NCBI RefSeq assembly: GCF_009914755.1
Contig: NC_060925.1
Source of the DNA: the human T2T-CHM13v2.0 reference genome, Homo sapiens
Strand: one strand, 5' to 3'
DNA length: 64,000 nt
Shown here piece after piece: positions 26,955 to 39,359 of this stretch; position 1 is the first letter of the stretch; each line of letters opens with the position of its first letter. Below the pieces are notes generated by a model. The model searched no databases. It saw nothing but the letters and a program-made list of their open reading frames with translations, and was not told where the DNA came from. The position numbers and the translations under genes were made by a program.

Positions 26955-28080
26955 GGTATGAGTTTAAAATTTTGCAATATAGTCCCAAATAACCTTCCAA
27001 GGAAATTGTAGAGTTTATTCATCTACCGACATAGTACCTATTTCCTTGCCTCCCTACTAATATACTGTGTTACCAAACATTTTTGTTCTTGACTATCTGA
27101 GAGATAAAAAATGGTATCTCCTGGTTTCAATATGCATTTCTCTTATTGTGAGATTCCACATCTTTAAAATTATTAAAAACCATTTATATTTCCATTTCTG
27201 TGAATGATTGTTTATATCCTTTGCACAGTTTCCTATTAATTTGTAGACTATTTTGTATATTAAGCAAATTAGACTTTTGTAGTAATTCAGAAAATGTTTT
27301 TGTAGTAAATTCAGAAAATGTTTTCCTAGTTTGTAGTTTGCCTTTTGAAGGTGTTTATGTTTTTATGACAGTTTTTACACTTTCATACAGTTGAATGTAT
27401 CAGTCTCTTTATTATTGTGTCTTGGTTTTATATTATTCTTACAAAGGCCTTCACAAACACAAAAATTATACTTTTTTTTTTTACTTCTAGCACTTTTCAT
27501 GGCTTTATTTCTTACATTTAAATCTTTGATTCATTGATAATTAATTTTGGTAGAAGACTTGGGGGAAGGATCCTACATAATTTTTTTTTACATGTCTACT
27601 CACTTGTCCCAATACTATTTATTGAATTATTCATCTCTTCCTCAGTGATCTCAAATTTAATATTTCTTATAGGTATATGCATCTGTTTCAGCATTTTCTA
27701 TTTTATTCTGTTGATTAATTTGTTTATTCATATGCCAGAATACAGGTTTTAATTAATGCGATTTTATAATATGCCTTAATATGTTGTATGGCTAGTCATT
27801 TTTGATACATTTCTTTTTTGAATTTTTTGGGATAATATTACTTATTTATTCTTCCACATGATCTTTAAATTAAACTTACCTAGCTCCTCCACAAAATTTA
27901 TTGGTAATTTTTTTGAGAATAAATTTACGTCTTTATGATATAAAATTTCTTTATTCATGAATGTGGTATGATTTTCCACTTGTTCAAGTTCTTCTTTTGT
28001 GTCTTTAAATAGTATTTAAATTAAAAGCTTCTTCATCCATCTTGCATATTTTTTATTAAATTCATTCCTAGGGTTTTGTT
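26955..28080 (-). mobile_element. L1ME-like old LINE fragments
   Basis: AT-rich; gataaaaaatggtatctc..., cacttgtcccaatactatttattgaat; includes a ~23-bp tandem duplication at 27275-27324. Confidence 0.7.
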
Positions 28081-28284
28081 TTTATTTTTTATTACAGGGT
28101 TCCACATTGTTAACTAGTAGAGATCTTATTGTGCTGATAGAAACTTAGTTTCTACCCTCCTGGCCTAGGATGTTATGAGTGTCCCTCAAGGAAAAATTCC
28201 CCCAAATCCTGCCACTTACTCCAAATTTGGCTGATGATTTACTATCTGCTTTTACTTTTTGAGTAGTGAGTGTGTTTCAGGCCC

Positions 28285-28500
28285 ATCAATATCATCTTAC
28301 ATTTGTCTACAAACTGTTTTATATATGTGATTCCATTTGATCCTTACAATTACCTTGAGATGTTGACAAAGAGGGTGTCTATTTGTGTCCATTTTGAAGT
28401 GGAAGTAATTGACCCTTGGCAGATTAAGAAGCCCGTCTGAGATCACACAGGTAAGGAGGGACCAGGAAGAACTCAGGCCTCTTACCTTCCAGTCCAGGTT
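28285..28500 (-). mobile_element. MIR SINE
   Basis: ccatttgatccttacaat...gtccattttgaag...gatcacacag. Confidence 0.7.
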
Positions 28501-29225
28501 CTTAAAGTTACTCCCGCGTCCTGATGGTGGTCCTGCCCTCCTAGTCCACCTCCGAGAGGAGCACCTTCCTGCCTTGCCTTTTATGATTGCTCCTATTCCA
28601 GTCTTCCCTCCCCAAAGCCTTGGCCTTGCTGCTCTGGGTCTGTGCAGGGAAGTGCTTCAAAATGCTTGGAGCACGCCCCACAGCCCGGCTGGAAGATACT
28701 GAGGTCTGGTGCTGGCTTCTGCTGCTCTCTGGATGTTTACTGCAGCAGCAGTGAGGAGAGTTTGTCATTCCTAGAGGTTGCATTGTCAGGTTGACACCCA
28801 GAGTGTCTCATGCTGCTGCCTTGATTTCTTAGAGAATAATGAAACACCCCCACCTTCCTCCTCCCTTGTCTAGACGAGGATTAAAGGCAGCCTCCCTTAT
28901 TCTCCCACTTTAGCAAGGGTTGGCTGTGCTCTGAAGAGGGTTCAGTGTTCTCTGCCTCCCAGGGAACCTTCTCCTGGGCTTCAGCTCAACCAGCCTGCAA
29001 GGGGCACACAGCCCTCTAGCACACCAGAGACCAGCCCTGCATGGGCCCAACATGAAACCCTTGGCCTAGGGCACAGGGCACAGAGTTTCAATCAGTGTTA
29101 ATCTCCTGCCTCTCTTCTTTCCTTTATTCTTTCTCGGTTGTTCTCAAAAATGTTCACTGCTCTCTACTCTACTCCCTTCTCCCAACTGCCACTGGACTAC
29201 TTACATGGCTATTTTTCCTGGGAAT

Positions 29226-30658
29226 TCATTTATTCATCCATCCATCCATTCATTCAAAAAGGTTTTATTGAATGCTCACTCTGCATCTGACAAGATTCCA
29301 GGTGCTGAGAATGCAGCAGTGAACAAGATAAAGGTGGGAGGAGATAAACAACAAGCAAGTAACTAGACAAGTAAATAAGACGCTTCCCACAGTGACAAGT
29401 TCCTGGAAGGAAACAGGACAAGGGTGTGTGGAAGAGGGAGATTTGGGAGTGTCTTCCAAATGAAGTGGTCAAGGGAGTGGTCTGAGGAAGTGATATTTGA
29501 CTCTAGACTTGAATGGTAAGAAGGGGCCAACTATGTCAAGACCTGGCAGAAGAGCATTCTAGGCAAAGGGAAGGGCAGGTACAAAGGCCCAGAGGTTGAC
29601 GCAGGCGTGGCATGTTCCAGAGGCTGGTGAGGCATTAGTGCTCTGGGCAAGGGGACAAGGGGAAGAAGAGGAGGTCAGAGGAGGAAGCATAGCCTTATAA
29701 AGCATTTGGATTTTCAGTATGATAAGATGATTTTTGGAGAATTTTAAGCAGAGGAGTGACAGGCTCTGATCTATGTTTAAGACTATTTTGGCACCAAGAG
29801 ACATATCAAACTGCTTGTAGCAACATCATTCATAACAGTAAAAAAAAAATAACCCTGGGAATTACTCAAATGCCCATCAACAGTAGAATGGATAAATAAT
29901 AGATTGTCATATGACAATAAGAATGAACAAACTATGGCTACACACACGGATGAATTTCCTAAATATCATGCTGAGGGAAAGAAGCCCAACAGAACAGAAT
30001 CCTTGCCGTCTGATTCCATTTGTGGAGACTTCAAGTTCCAGCCAAAACCCAGACTAGAGCTTTTAGGGATGCATGTTTGGATGCTTTTAGGGATGCATGG
30101 TTGGGTGATAAAATATAAGAATAGTCAAAGAAGTGCTTACCTCGAAAGCGTGGATAGTGGTTGTCTTTGGCAGAGAAAGAGGACCACTGATAGAGAACAC
30201 AAAGTGGGCTTCGGGGTAGAACTGGTGATGTTCTATTTCTTGACCTTGTGGGTGCTTCCACATGTGCTCACTTCGTATGGTTTTGTTTTGTACACTTTCC
30301 TGCTTATATATTCACAACAAAAAGGTATAGAAACCTCACTTTGGCTGCTGTGTGACAAATGGGTGGCAGGGCATCAAGAGCCAGGGGAGAGGACTATCCC
30401 TTAGTGGGCTGCCAAAATCACAGGACAGGGGGTGGTATATTGGGAGGTATTTTGGTGGTGACAGCCACAGGACGTGCCCACAGATTGGCTGTGGTTGGTG
30501 GTGGTGATGAGGGAGGCATCAGTTAGGATGCCTCCTGGAACTTGGCTTGAGCAACTGGGTAGATGAGGGTCCATTCACTGACAAGGAGAAGACTGGGGTG
30601 GAGGAGGCTGGAGGGAGAGAGAAAGAATGCTGCTTTCGTTCTGTCAAGTTTGAGAGGC
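29226..30658 (-). mobile_element. L2 3' end interrupted by L1ME and MST
   Basis: ttcatttattcatccatcc...tttattgaatgctcac...; resumes at 30333. Confidence 0.85.
29792..30330 (+). mobile_element. L1ME-like 3' fragment, with a 24-bp tandem duplication at 30059-30106
   Basis: caaatgcccatcaacagtagaatggataaat...gttctatttcttgacct. Confidence 0.8.
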
Positions 30659-31070
30659 TGATATGGGCTGGATGGTATCCCCTCCAAATCTCATGTTGCC
30701 ATGTGACCTCCGGTGCTGGAGGTGGGCGTAGGGGGAGATGTTTGGGTCATAAGGATCGATTCCTCATGAGCAGCTTAGTGCTGTCCTCATGATAATGAGT
30801 GAGTTCTTGCTCTACTAGTTCACGTGAGATCTGGTTGTCCAAGTGACTGTGGCACCTCTCCCCTCCTTGCTCCCTCTCTTGCCGTATGAGGCACTGGCTT
30901 CCCCTTTCCCTTCTACCGTGACTGTAAGCTTCCTGAAGCCCTCACCAGAAGCAGATGCTGGTGGTATACCTCAGGTACAGGGTGCAGAATCATGAGCCAA
31001 ATAAACTTCTTTCCTTTTTAAATTACCCTCAGCTGTTTCTTTATAGCAATGCAAAAAATGGACTAACCCA
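30659..31070 (+). mobile_element. MSTB-like MaLR solo LTR (sense)
   Basis: tgatatgg...caaatctcatgttg...agccaaataaac...tttatagcaatgcaaaaaatggactaa. Confidence 0.9.
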
Positions 31071-31184
31071 GATGTGTATTATGCATTTAAGTGGAGAAAT
31101 CAAGGAGGCGACAGCTTTCTGACTGGCTAGTTGGCCTCTAGCCTGGCCCCTTGCATTGCATCCTTGCATCCTTGGCCCCATGGT

Positions 31185-31650
31185 TCCCATGACCTCTCTA
31201 AAGAGGAAACCTGGTGATGCCCTGTCTCCTCTCAGAATCGTCCCTATCACCCAAAGGATAGAAAACAAAGTCCTCATTGTGGCCCCAAGCCTGTGCCTGG
31301 GTGGTCTGCCTCCCCGGCTTCTCCTCTCCCCTCCCTGGCTATATAAAAGGACAACAGGCCCTTCCCTTGTCCCTACCCCCCTCACCTGGCTACTCTTGCT
31401 CACCCTTCAATCAGCTTGCATACCTGTTTCCACAGGAAGTTGTTCCTGCCAAGAAGCCTTTCTCAGCCCCACAAACAGAGTCAGGTACCCTCCTGTGTTC
31501 TCTCAAACTTCCTTTTAGTTAGCTCTCCTGTTAGCTAGCAGTCACCCCACTGCTCTGGAAGAATCTCTTCACTTCCATCTTCTCTGTGCAACTGTAAGCT
31601 ACTTGAGGGCAACAGTTGGGTCCTGTTCACAGCTGGATTCCAAGCAGCTG
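31185..31650 (+). mobile_element. L2 fragments
   Basis: aaggatagaaaacaaagtcctca...actgtaagctacttgagggca. Confidence 0.55.
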
Positions 31651-33104
31651 CATGTACCTGTCCAGGCAAACTCTCTTTCCACTAACACTGCTTGCTAAAT
31701 CAGTACATCAAACGTACTTCCGTACGCATTCCAGGCACTGCTCTTTCTCTCCACCCAAAACATGCTTGGTCTTGCTACTTCTACAAGGATCCTGTCTTGG
31801 GCTGAAAGGCTAAGGCAAACCCTTGGCAGGGAGAGGACATGGGAAGTTTGGTGCTGTCTCTAAAGTCTCCTGAGATGGCAGATGCTTTCCTGCCTCAGGG
31901 TCTTGAAAGGTCACCAAGGAGGAGGCAAGGAAAGAGAAACAACACTCAGCCTTTCTGCCACCCTCAGAGACAAAAATGACTGAATAATTGCCTCAGGGGA
32001 AAACCAGGGGTCTGAGCAGCTGGAAATGCTCTTTGCCCTAGGGACACACTTGGCAAGGACAGTGGAATTACACTGTGGCATCATCCCTGCCTAACAGCCC
32101 ACCTCCACTTGACATGAATGTTGGAGGAGTCCTTAGTGGAAAAGGAAACACCCAGAGTGCAAGATAGAGGGCCCTTTCTTGGCTGATAGCACTGAGGCCC
32201 CCGGGCTGGCCATCGGCCTGGGAACCTGAAGTCTTTCTTTTAATTACCTGCTGGCAAAGCCCCAGTTGCCTCTGGTTTACACTGGCTGGGTTAGCCCAGG
32301 GAGCTAACCAGCTCTGAGGCCATTCTTGTAATTATGCCACATCCCTTCCCCTGCCCCACCATTCCTAGGTGGCCAAGGTATGATACATTGAATTTCATGC
32401 CTGTCAGAAAAGGGTGATCCAGGCCAGACCCTGGAGGTAAAGACAGTGAGTGGGGCAGGCAGGACTCCTGCAGTCTTAGCCAGCTCCCTGTTACCCACCT
32501 CAACAGAGGTGCCAGCGCCAGAAGCCCCCTGCCTCAGCTGCAGCCTGGGTGCCTCCTTCAGCAGGGTCTGCACACCTAGCTGGGCTCTGCTCCTTGGAAG
32601 GCAAAGCCAGGGAGAAGCAGCTTTGCAGGGTGAGCCGTCATCGGCTGTGCTGATTGATGCTGATTGCATTGGAGTGCTGGTAGCTATTTGCTTGTAAAGC
32701 CTCCTAATAAGAGTGCCACAGACCCTGGGGTGAGATGATCTCACAGTCAGTGTGAATTTGAGTGACAGGAAACACTGGCGGATGAAGGGCTGGCTGCACA
32801 TGGAATTGCTGCATTTCTTCTTATGGTTCAATGTGGCCACATGCCGAGTTGCTGAGTTGGGGGGCCAGGGGGCTGCGCCTGGGGCATGAGTGGCTACCGA
32901 GAAGGCTCTAGGCCTAAAATAACTCCCCAGGGTCTGCTGGCTTTGGGTCTTTCTTGGGCATGTGGCTGTGTGACTGCAGGGCTGCTGTTAGAATGTCAGG
33001 TCAGTCTACTGGCGGAGAGGAGACATAGATGAACACGCTGGCAAGTTTGGGCTTCTCAGTGGAGAGCGGGGCTCATCGAGGACTGGAAGAGGTGTTCGAG
33101 ATGA

Positions 33105-33240
33105 GCTATCCAACAACCCTCATTTTACAGATGCACAAACTGCGGCCCAGGAAGGGCAGATGACTTGCTCATTTCCCCGCTTCTTGAGTGGCTGAGCCAG
33201 GCTTGTGCCTAGCTCTACCTTCTGGCCAAGGACCGTCTGA
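33105..33240 (-). mobile_element. MIR SINE
   Basis: cctcattttacagatgcacaaactgcggcccag. Confidence 0.7.
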
Positions 33241-33624
33241 CAGAGGCAGGAGTCGGGGCTCCAGGATCACTGAGTACTGTGGGAGGAGGGGAGAGAGTGG
33301 CCACAGGAAGGAGGGGCTGCAGGCACCGAGGGTGAGCTTCAGCTCCCCACAACGTGTCCAGGGTAGTCTCCTCACAGCTCTGTCTCAGGCAGGACCAGGT
33401 GTTTCTGAGGGGCAGGCCATAGATGGCCAACCGGACGTGCAAGATTGAAGGCTGTCACGCTCTGGCAGGATGTGGAATGGAGACCCCTGCACAGCTGAAG
33501 GGGCGCAGCAGGACGGCAGGAGTGCTGGGGGGCACTGAAGGTCAGCGAGGGCCGAGGGTTCCCTCTGGAGGGCACCCACACCAGAACTTCTCTCTGTGTG
33601 CTTCCTTAGGTGTCTCCATAGTTC

Positions 33625-33860
33625 TGTCCCCAACTCCTTTCAGATCTTTTCTCAAAAGTCATTTTCTCTGGAAGATTTTCCTGGGTCATACTTTCTCCAA
33701 TACATTTCTCTGCTGTAGTTTTTCTCCTTAGTCCTTATCACCATGTAAAGTGCCATTTGTTGTACTTTAAAAACATTTCCCATATTGTCTGTATCTCCAT
33801 GAGAATGCAGGCTACAGAAGGATAGGGATTTTGTCTGATTTGTTGCCAGTACAGTGGGCA
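33625..33860 (+). mobile_element. L2 fragment
   Basis: ttcagatctttctcaaaagtca...gatagggattttgtctgatttgtt. Confidence 0.65.
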
Positions 33861-36800
33861 GCCCCCAGTGGAAGGGAGAAGGCCATCAGTGGACGCAGCC
33901 TGAATTTATTTTGAGACCTTGTCACTTCCCCATCACTTGTAGGCTACATTATAGGTCCCTGTTCTTCCTAATCAATTCAGGTTACTTTACCTTTTCTCAG
34001 TCCCTCCTGGCAATTCTCTGGGGCAGGGTTCCATTCCCTTAGGACCCTTCTCTAAGGGGAGTCAGCCAATCTCAGGTGTGTCAATGTCTTTACCTTTATT
34101 ACCTTTTAACCAGAGGCTCTTGGGATCACATTCCCTTCATGCAAAGGGCTGGATCTTTAATGACGGGAATTGGAGGCACCATGGGCAGGGACAGGGAGGC
34201 ACCTGGCATCAAGCCTCCCTGGGTTGCCTCTTAGATACTGGGACGAAGTAGCTGCTGACTCCTGCCTTGGGGCCACTGCTTGGACCATAAGGAAGTCTCT
34301 CTATGGAAGCAAACCCCGGGTGGTGTGTTTTGAGGAGAGCATGCCCTGCATCTGAGGTGCAGAGTCCTCTAAAAACTTCCTGAGAGCAGAGCCAGGCACC
34401 TAGTAGGTGCTCAGTCACTGACTGACAGTCTTGGGCTAATCACGGAGGACCATGCCTTTTCATGAAAACATCTCATCTCAGCACTGCCTTCCTGTTAGCA
34501 CCAAGGAAATCTTCACTCACCACGCTTCCTGCATTCAGATCCCGTGCCATCCCCCATCACTTCGAAGAATGGCCACCACACTACTGTATGCGCACCAGGA
34601 TCACAGAAATGCAGCCTCCCACAGGCTTGTCCCACAGACGGTTTGTTTCGCTTCTAACCTGATTTCTCTTAGGGTTTGTCTAATTTTCTGTAAAGCATGA
34701 CTGTTCATGGAGGCAGAAAGTCCCAGGAACCTTCCCAAGCTGAAGAGATACAAAGCAGGCAATGGAAGAATCAAAATCTGTCTGCATATTCTTCCTTCCC
34801 TGTCTTTCTTTTTTCCTCCCATCCCCAGATGGTGGTTTGGTGTTTTTGTCTATGAATCAATGTGCAGCTTGTTTCTGCACAGCAAGGCAGATAGAATTCC
34901 TACTAGAGAAGCTCTTGCCCAAAGAGCATCAGGGCCCCCTCCCTCCATCTCCACCCTGAACTCCAGACCCTGCAGGCTCTGGGATCGCCCATTCGAAAGG
35001 CCCATGCCTGCCTCTGCACCCACTCCTCCTCCACCAGTGACTCGGGGTTTGTTGTGACTCAGGCCTTTATTCACGTTGCGTGTTTCAGTCATTTGTGGGG
35101 CTTGTGACAGTCTAAACTCAATGACTGTGTCAGCCATTGTGGGTGATGGAATTGGTGACAGCAAGTGGGCCTCAGCCTGCTGGGTGGGATGGGGGATAGC
35201 CCCTTCACCACGAGGAGTTTTTCTGAGTGTTGTGCCCTATCAGGCTTCTGGTGAGAAGTGCTCTAAGACAGTAAATATTTCCCCTTTTTATCAAGAAATA
35301 ACAATATCCCAGTTGAAGGTGTAAAAGGCAATTTGCATAGGCGTTAATTATTGAGGCTGCACAGCAGCTCTCCTTGGGGCACCATCCAGAGGCGGCTCAC
35401 AGCCAGGAACACAAAGGATCCTCTCTGGGAGTGCAGCCAGGGCCAGACCTTCCACCCAGGCTTGGTTCCTGAAGTGAGCAGTTGGAGCTGAACATCCTGA
35501 CAACAGACTCAGTCCCATTCCTTGAAGCCGTGCGTCTCATGGAGGGTGGTATTGATGCCAGTTGCAGCTCAGCACAGAGCTATCCTGGGAGCTTCGATGG
35601 GGTCTCGGTGGACAGATGGACTTGCAGTTGAGATGGGGGGTCATTTCATTCCAGATGTGGGCACGCTTTGTCATGGGGGTCAGCAGGGCTGGTCAGCATG
35701 CCCAAGGTCAGCATGGGGGAGGGTATCAAACCAGGTCGCATCTAAACTTAGAGCTTCCAAGCCTGAGGTCTCTGTGAGTCTGCATCTCACCTTTCCCTCC
35801 CCTTCCCCACATCTAGTGCATTCCCCATTTCACAGTCAAAGAAAGCGTGAGTGATCTGAGGAGCTGACTTAGAGGGTCAGTATGGTTTGCTAATGGCAGT
35901 TCTGCTGTTATCATCTTGGTGATGAGCCTTGATACAAGCCACTGAGTCTCCAGATCTCATTAACCATTGCTGTGCTCCTGGGAAGCTGTGTGAGGTGGTG
36001 ATCAACTGTGTATGTGTTGGGTGGGTGTATTGTTGCCTCAGTGGTTTTTGTGCCTTTTAGTATTTACTGCACACTCTCTTCTAGGAGATCCAAGCCAGAT
36101 GTCCAGGAAAAGGGTGAGTTCTCCTTTCTCCTCTTAAATGCTCCAGCCTTGAAAGCCATATTCTGCTTTCAGCTGCTCTACTGGGCATCTGTGCCTGGAG
36201 ACATCGATGTCTACTTACAACTTAGGAGAGCACTGGGCAGTAGAGCCTGTGGGGAGCAGCAGTGAGTTCTCATATCCTCATTTCACAGAGGAAGAGCCTT
36301 CAGTGAAGGCACAATGGGATGTGGCCAGGTCCTACAGCCAGACAGTGGTAGGGGCAGGACTGGAACCCAGGACCCAGCGTGAAACTCCCTATCCAGTGCT
36401 TGTCCCACCAGCCATGCCATTCTCCTGGGCAGAGACAGCAGAATGGTTGATTAATAGGCAGTCAGGGGGCTCCTCAGACAGCAGCATCCTTGGGGAGCTC
36501 TTGGGGACCCACGGGAAGAGCAGGGAGGGGGCGGGCTTGGGTGGGCTGCTGTTATGGGACAGAGAGAAGGTGCAGGGAAGCATCACAATGTGGAATAAAA
36601 TTGGCCCTTGGTGGAGTTGATGCCTGTTGTCTGTTTGGGTGGGGACAGAAACACAGGTCCCCTGTGGGGCTTGTCCAAGGCCACAAAGGTCAACTAAACC
36701 TGGACTCAAATCTTGGCTTGCCAAGGAGCAGGCAGCGATTGCTCTCACTGTGTACTGGGCTGGGGAGACTTGAGAGGAAGCCTCGGGGAGCCCCAGTCTT

Positions 36801-37058
36801 GTTGGGAAGAACAGCCCTGCCCCAAGGGAGGCAGGGTACATTTCAGGGCTAAATTGTGTTCTATGAAAACTCCCAAGTGCTGGAGGAGTTCAAAGAGGGG
36901 AATGAAGCAGTGACATTGAAAGGGAAGACAATAGAGAAGGGAGACCTTGAACTGAAGCCCGAAGGAAGGTGAAATGAGAGAGACAGTGAGGGGGTGAGGG
37001 CTGCCAGGGTGGGAGTGCCTGCAGCAAAGCAAGAGGCGGGGCTGGGCCTGAGTTACTG

Positions 37059-37198
37059 AGACAGGCCTGTGTAGGAAGTACTCCATGCTGTGTAGGGAGG
37101 ACTCAGGCCTGTGTAGGGAGGACTCCAGGCTGCATAGGGAGGACTCAGGGCTGTGTAGAGAGGACTCAGGGTTGTGTAGGGAGGAATCAGGGCTGTGT
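37059..37198. repeat. 21-bp minisatellite, ~6.7 copies
   Basis: Consensus actcagggctgtgtagggagg; units start at 37059, 37080, 37101, 37122, 37143, 37164, 37185. Confidence 0.93.
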
Positions 37199-38229
37199 GT
37201 GTGTATAGGGGTATTGTGGACAAGCCTCCAAGAAATGTGAAAAGGAGCAAAGTTGGGAAATTTGAATTCTGGCCTCCACTCTTACCAACAGCTGTGTGAC
37301 CCCAGGCAAGTCACTGTCTTCTCTGCACTCAGTATCCTGGCGTGTAGTTGGCCTTTCAGACCTGATCCAGCCTCAACTTCTGAGATATTCTGGGTAAAGA
37401 ACCTCGCCTCCTCAACTTTGCTGTCCCTGAGTGTGGAGAGGAAGGGTGTTGCACCCTGTGACCCCTGCACCCTGGCCAGGAAGCTGCCTTGGAGCTGCTT
37501 GTGTTTATTGGGGGAAATTTAGTGGGCTCTTAGGAGCCTGATGCTCTCAGCAAACCAGAGCCTGAATTAATGCTTTAATTATGCAGGCAGCCTTCCCTAA
37601 GGCCCCGTTCTCCATTTTAATTTTGGGAAACTCACGCAAGTGATATTCTTCTTCTCTTGATCTGTCATCAGTCAGGCTGAAATCACTCCCGTGGAGCCTT
37701 CGCGGAGGATGTGTGTCCTGGCACTGAGAGCCCTCCGTCATCCAGAGCTGGGTGGTTCCTGCAGCTGCTCCCCAAGAACAGGGCAAAAAGGAGATCAAGT
37801 GGAGCCCTGCTCCTCTGGGGCTTTAAGCACCCCTCCTCTTTTCTCCTGCTCTTTTTCTGCTTCCTCTCCTCTCCTCTCTCCTTTTATAACCAAGGGTGGG
37901 AGACTTGGGAGTGTCAGCTGGCTCCACGTCTCCAATGGAACCTCACAAGGACTCGCAGAGCTCAGCTTGCCCAGGACTGAGACAACGTTAGACGGAATGA
38001 GTCCCTTGGCAGCATTGGTCATGTGCTTGCACTAACCTTGACCCCTGGGGGTCAAAGTAACTCTAGTCAGCACTCCTACAGGAGGCATTTCCACCCAGAC
38101 TGGGGCTCTGTTTCAACAGAGTCGTGGCCCCATGACTCAAACTTGGAAATCATCAGAAATGCCCACCCTGCTTTGCCTCATATTCTCCCAATTTTTTCCC
38201 ACCTACAACCTTATATAGTTAAGGGATTA

Positions 38230-38560
38230 ATTAGTTAATTGAGCAAGTATTTGTTGGGTGCCCACCATTTACTAGGCACTGTGCTGGTGCTGAGGGCGCA
38301 GGGGTGAACAAGACAAATGCAGTCCCTGTGCTTTGGGTGGGAGGAGGCAACTGAAAAAAGGCAAACAAGTAAATGAGCAAATAAGTAAAACAATGATAAA
38401 TGGTGGTAAGTCCTATGAAGAAAACACACAGAGGCAGAGAAAAACAGGAGGGGACTCTTTTGGAGACTGGGTTAGGAAAAGACCCTTTCAGAGGTGACAT
38501 TTAGGTTTAGACCAAAGAAGGAGCCAGCCATGTGAAGAGCTGTAGGAGCAGGATTGCAGA
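38230..38560 (-). mobile_element. L2 3' fragment
   Basis: caagtatttgttgggtgcccacc...ggtgaacaagacaaatgcagtccctg...gaggtgacattt. Confidence 0.85.
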
Positions 38561-38881
38561 TAGAGCCAGTGGCTGGGGCTGGGAATACCTTGAGGAGGAC
38601 GGGTAGGTCTGAGCTCCTTACTCCTGAGCCGTGGGGGGATCCAGGCAGGATAGGTGGCTCACACAGTGGGGAGTGGATGTGCTGAGTCTCAGCCACCTCA
38701 GCATCTAGGGCTGTAGCCCCACGGCTCAAGAAGTGCTCAGAGTCCATGAGTGTATCACGGAATATGGTGGGGAGAAGAATGGTCCTACCCTGGACTCTCT
38801 GAGGTGGAGGAAGATGGCCATAAGTTCCCCAGAGTGGCAGAACTTTGGTTTTCCGGTATGGAGATAAAGTGATTTGGATGT

Positions 38882-39359
38882 TGTATTCATTTCCTGTGTC
38901 TGCTCTAACAAATTACTACAAACTTCATGGCTGACAGCAACAGAAATTTGTTCTCTCACCGTTCTGGTGGCCAGATGTCCTCAATTAGTATCACTGGGCT
39001 GAAGTCAAGGTGTCAGCTGGGCCAAGCTCCCTCTGGGGGCTGTAGAGGAGAATGTGTTCCTTGGCTTTCCCAGGTTCTGGTGGCTGCTGGCATTCCTTGG
39101 CCTGTGACCACATCACTCCCATGTCTGCCTCCACAGTCACATTGCTGTCTCCTCCTCTGTTGTCATATCTCCCTCTGCCTCTCTCGTAAGGATATTTGTG
39201 ATTGCATTTAGGCCCATCCAGATAAATCCAGGATAATCTCTCCATCTCAAGATCCTCAACTCAATGACGCCTGCAATGTCTCTTTTGCTATATTAGGGTC
39301 ATTTATGGATTCTGGAGACTGGAATGCGAGCATAGTTGGCTGTTATTCAGCCTGCCACA
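38882..39359 (-). mobile_element. MLT1C/D-like MaLR solo LTR
   Basis: TG..CA termini; 5-bp TSD gatgt/gatga; aacaaattactacaaact...ttattcagcctgccaca. Confidence 0.9.

Noticed and set aside
31339-31350. Perfect TATA box ctatataaaagg
   Set aside because: Lies among L2 fragments with no CpG island or other promoter support
37059-37198. CRISPR-like array
   Set aside because: Contiguous tandem units with no unique spacers, eukaryotic context, no cas genes
37053-37250. Heptad-repeat ORF (YTALSPP-like) reminiscent of the Pol II CTD
   Set aside because: Automatic result of a 21-bp minisatellite; non-ATG start and no other coding evidence
38275-38294. RE1/NRSE-like site in L2
   Set aside because: Half-site spacing is one base short and there are core mismatches
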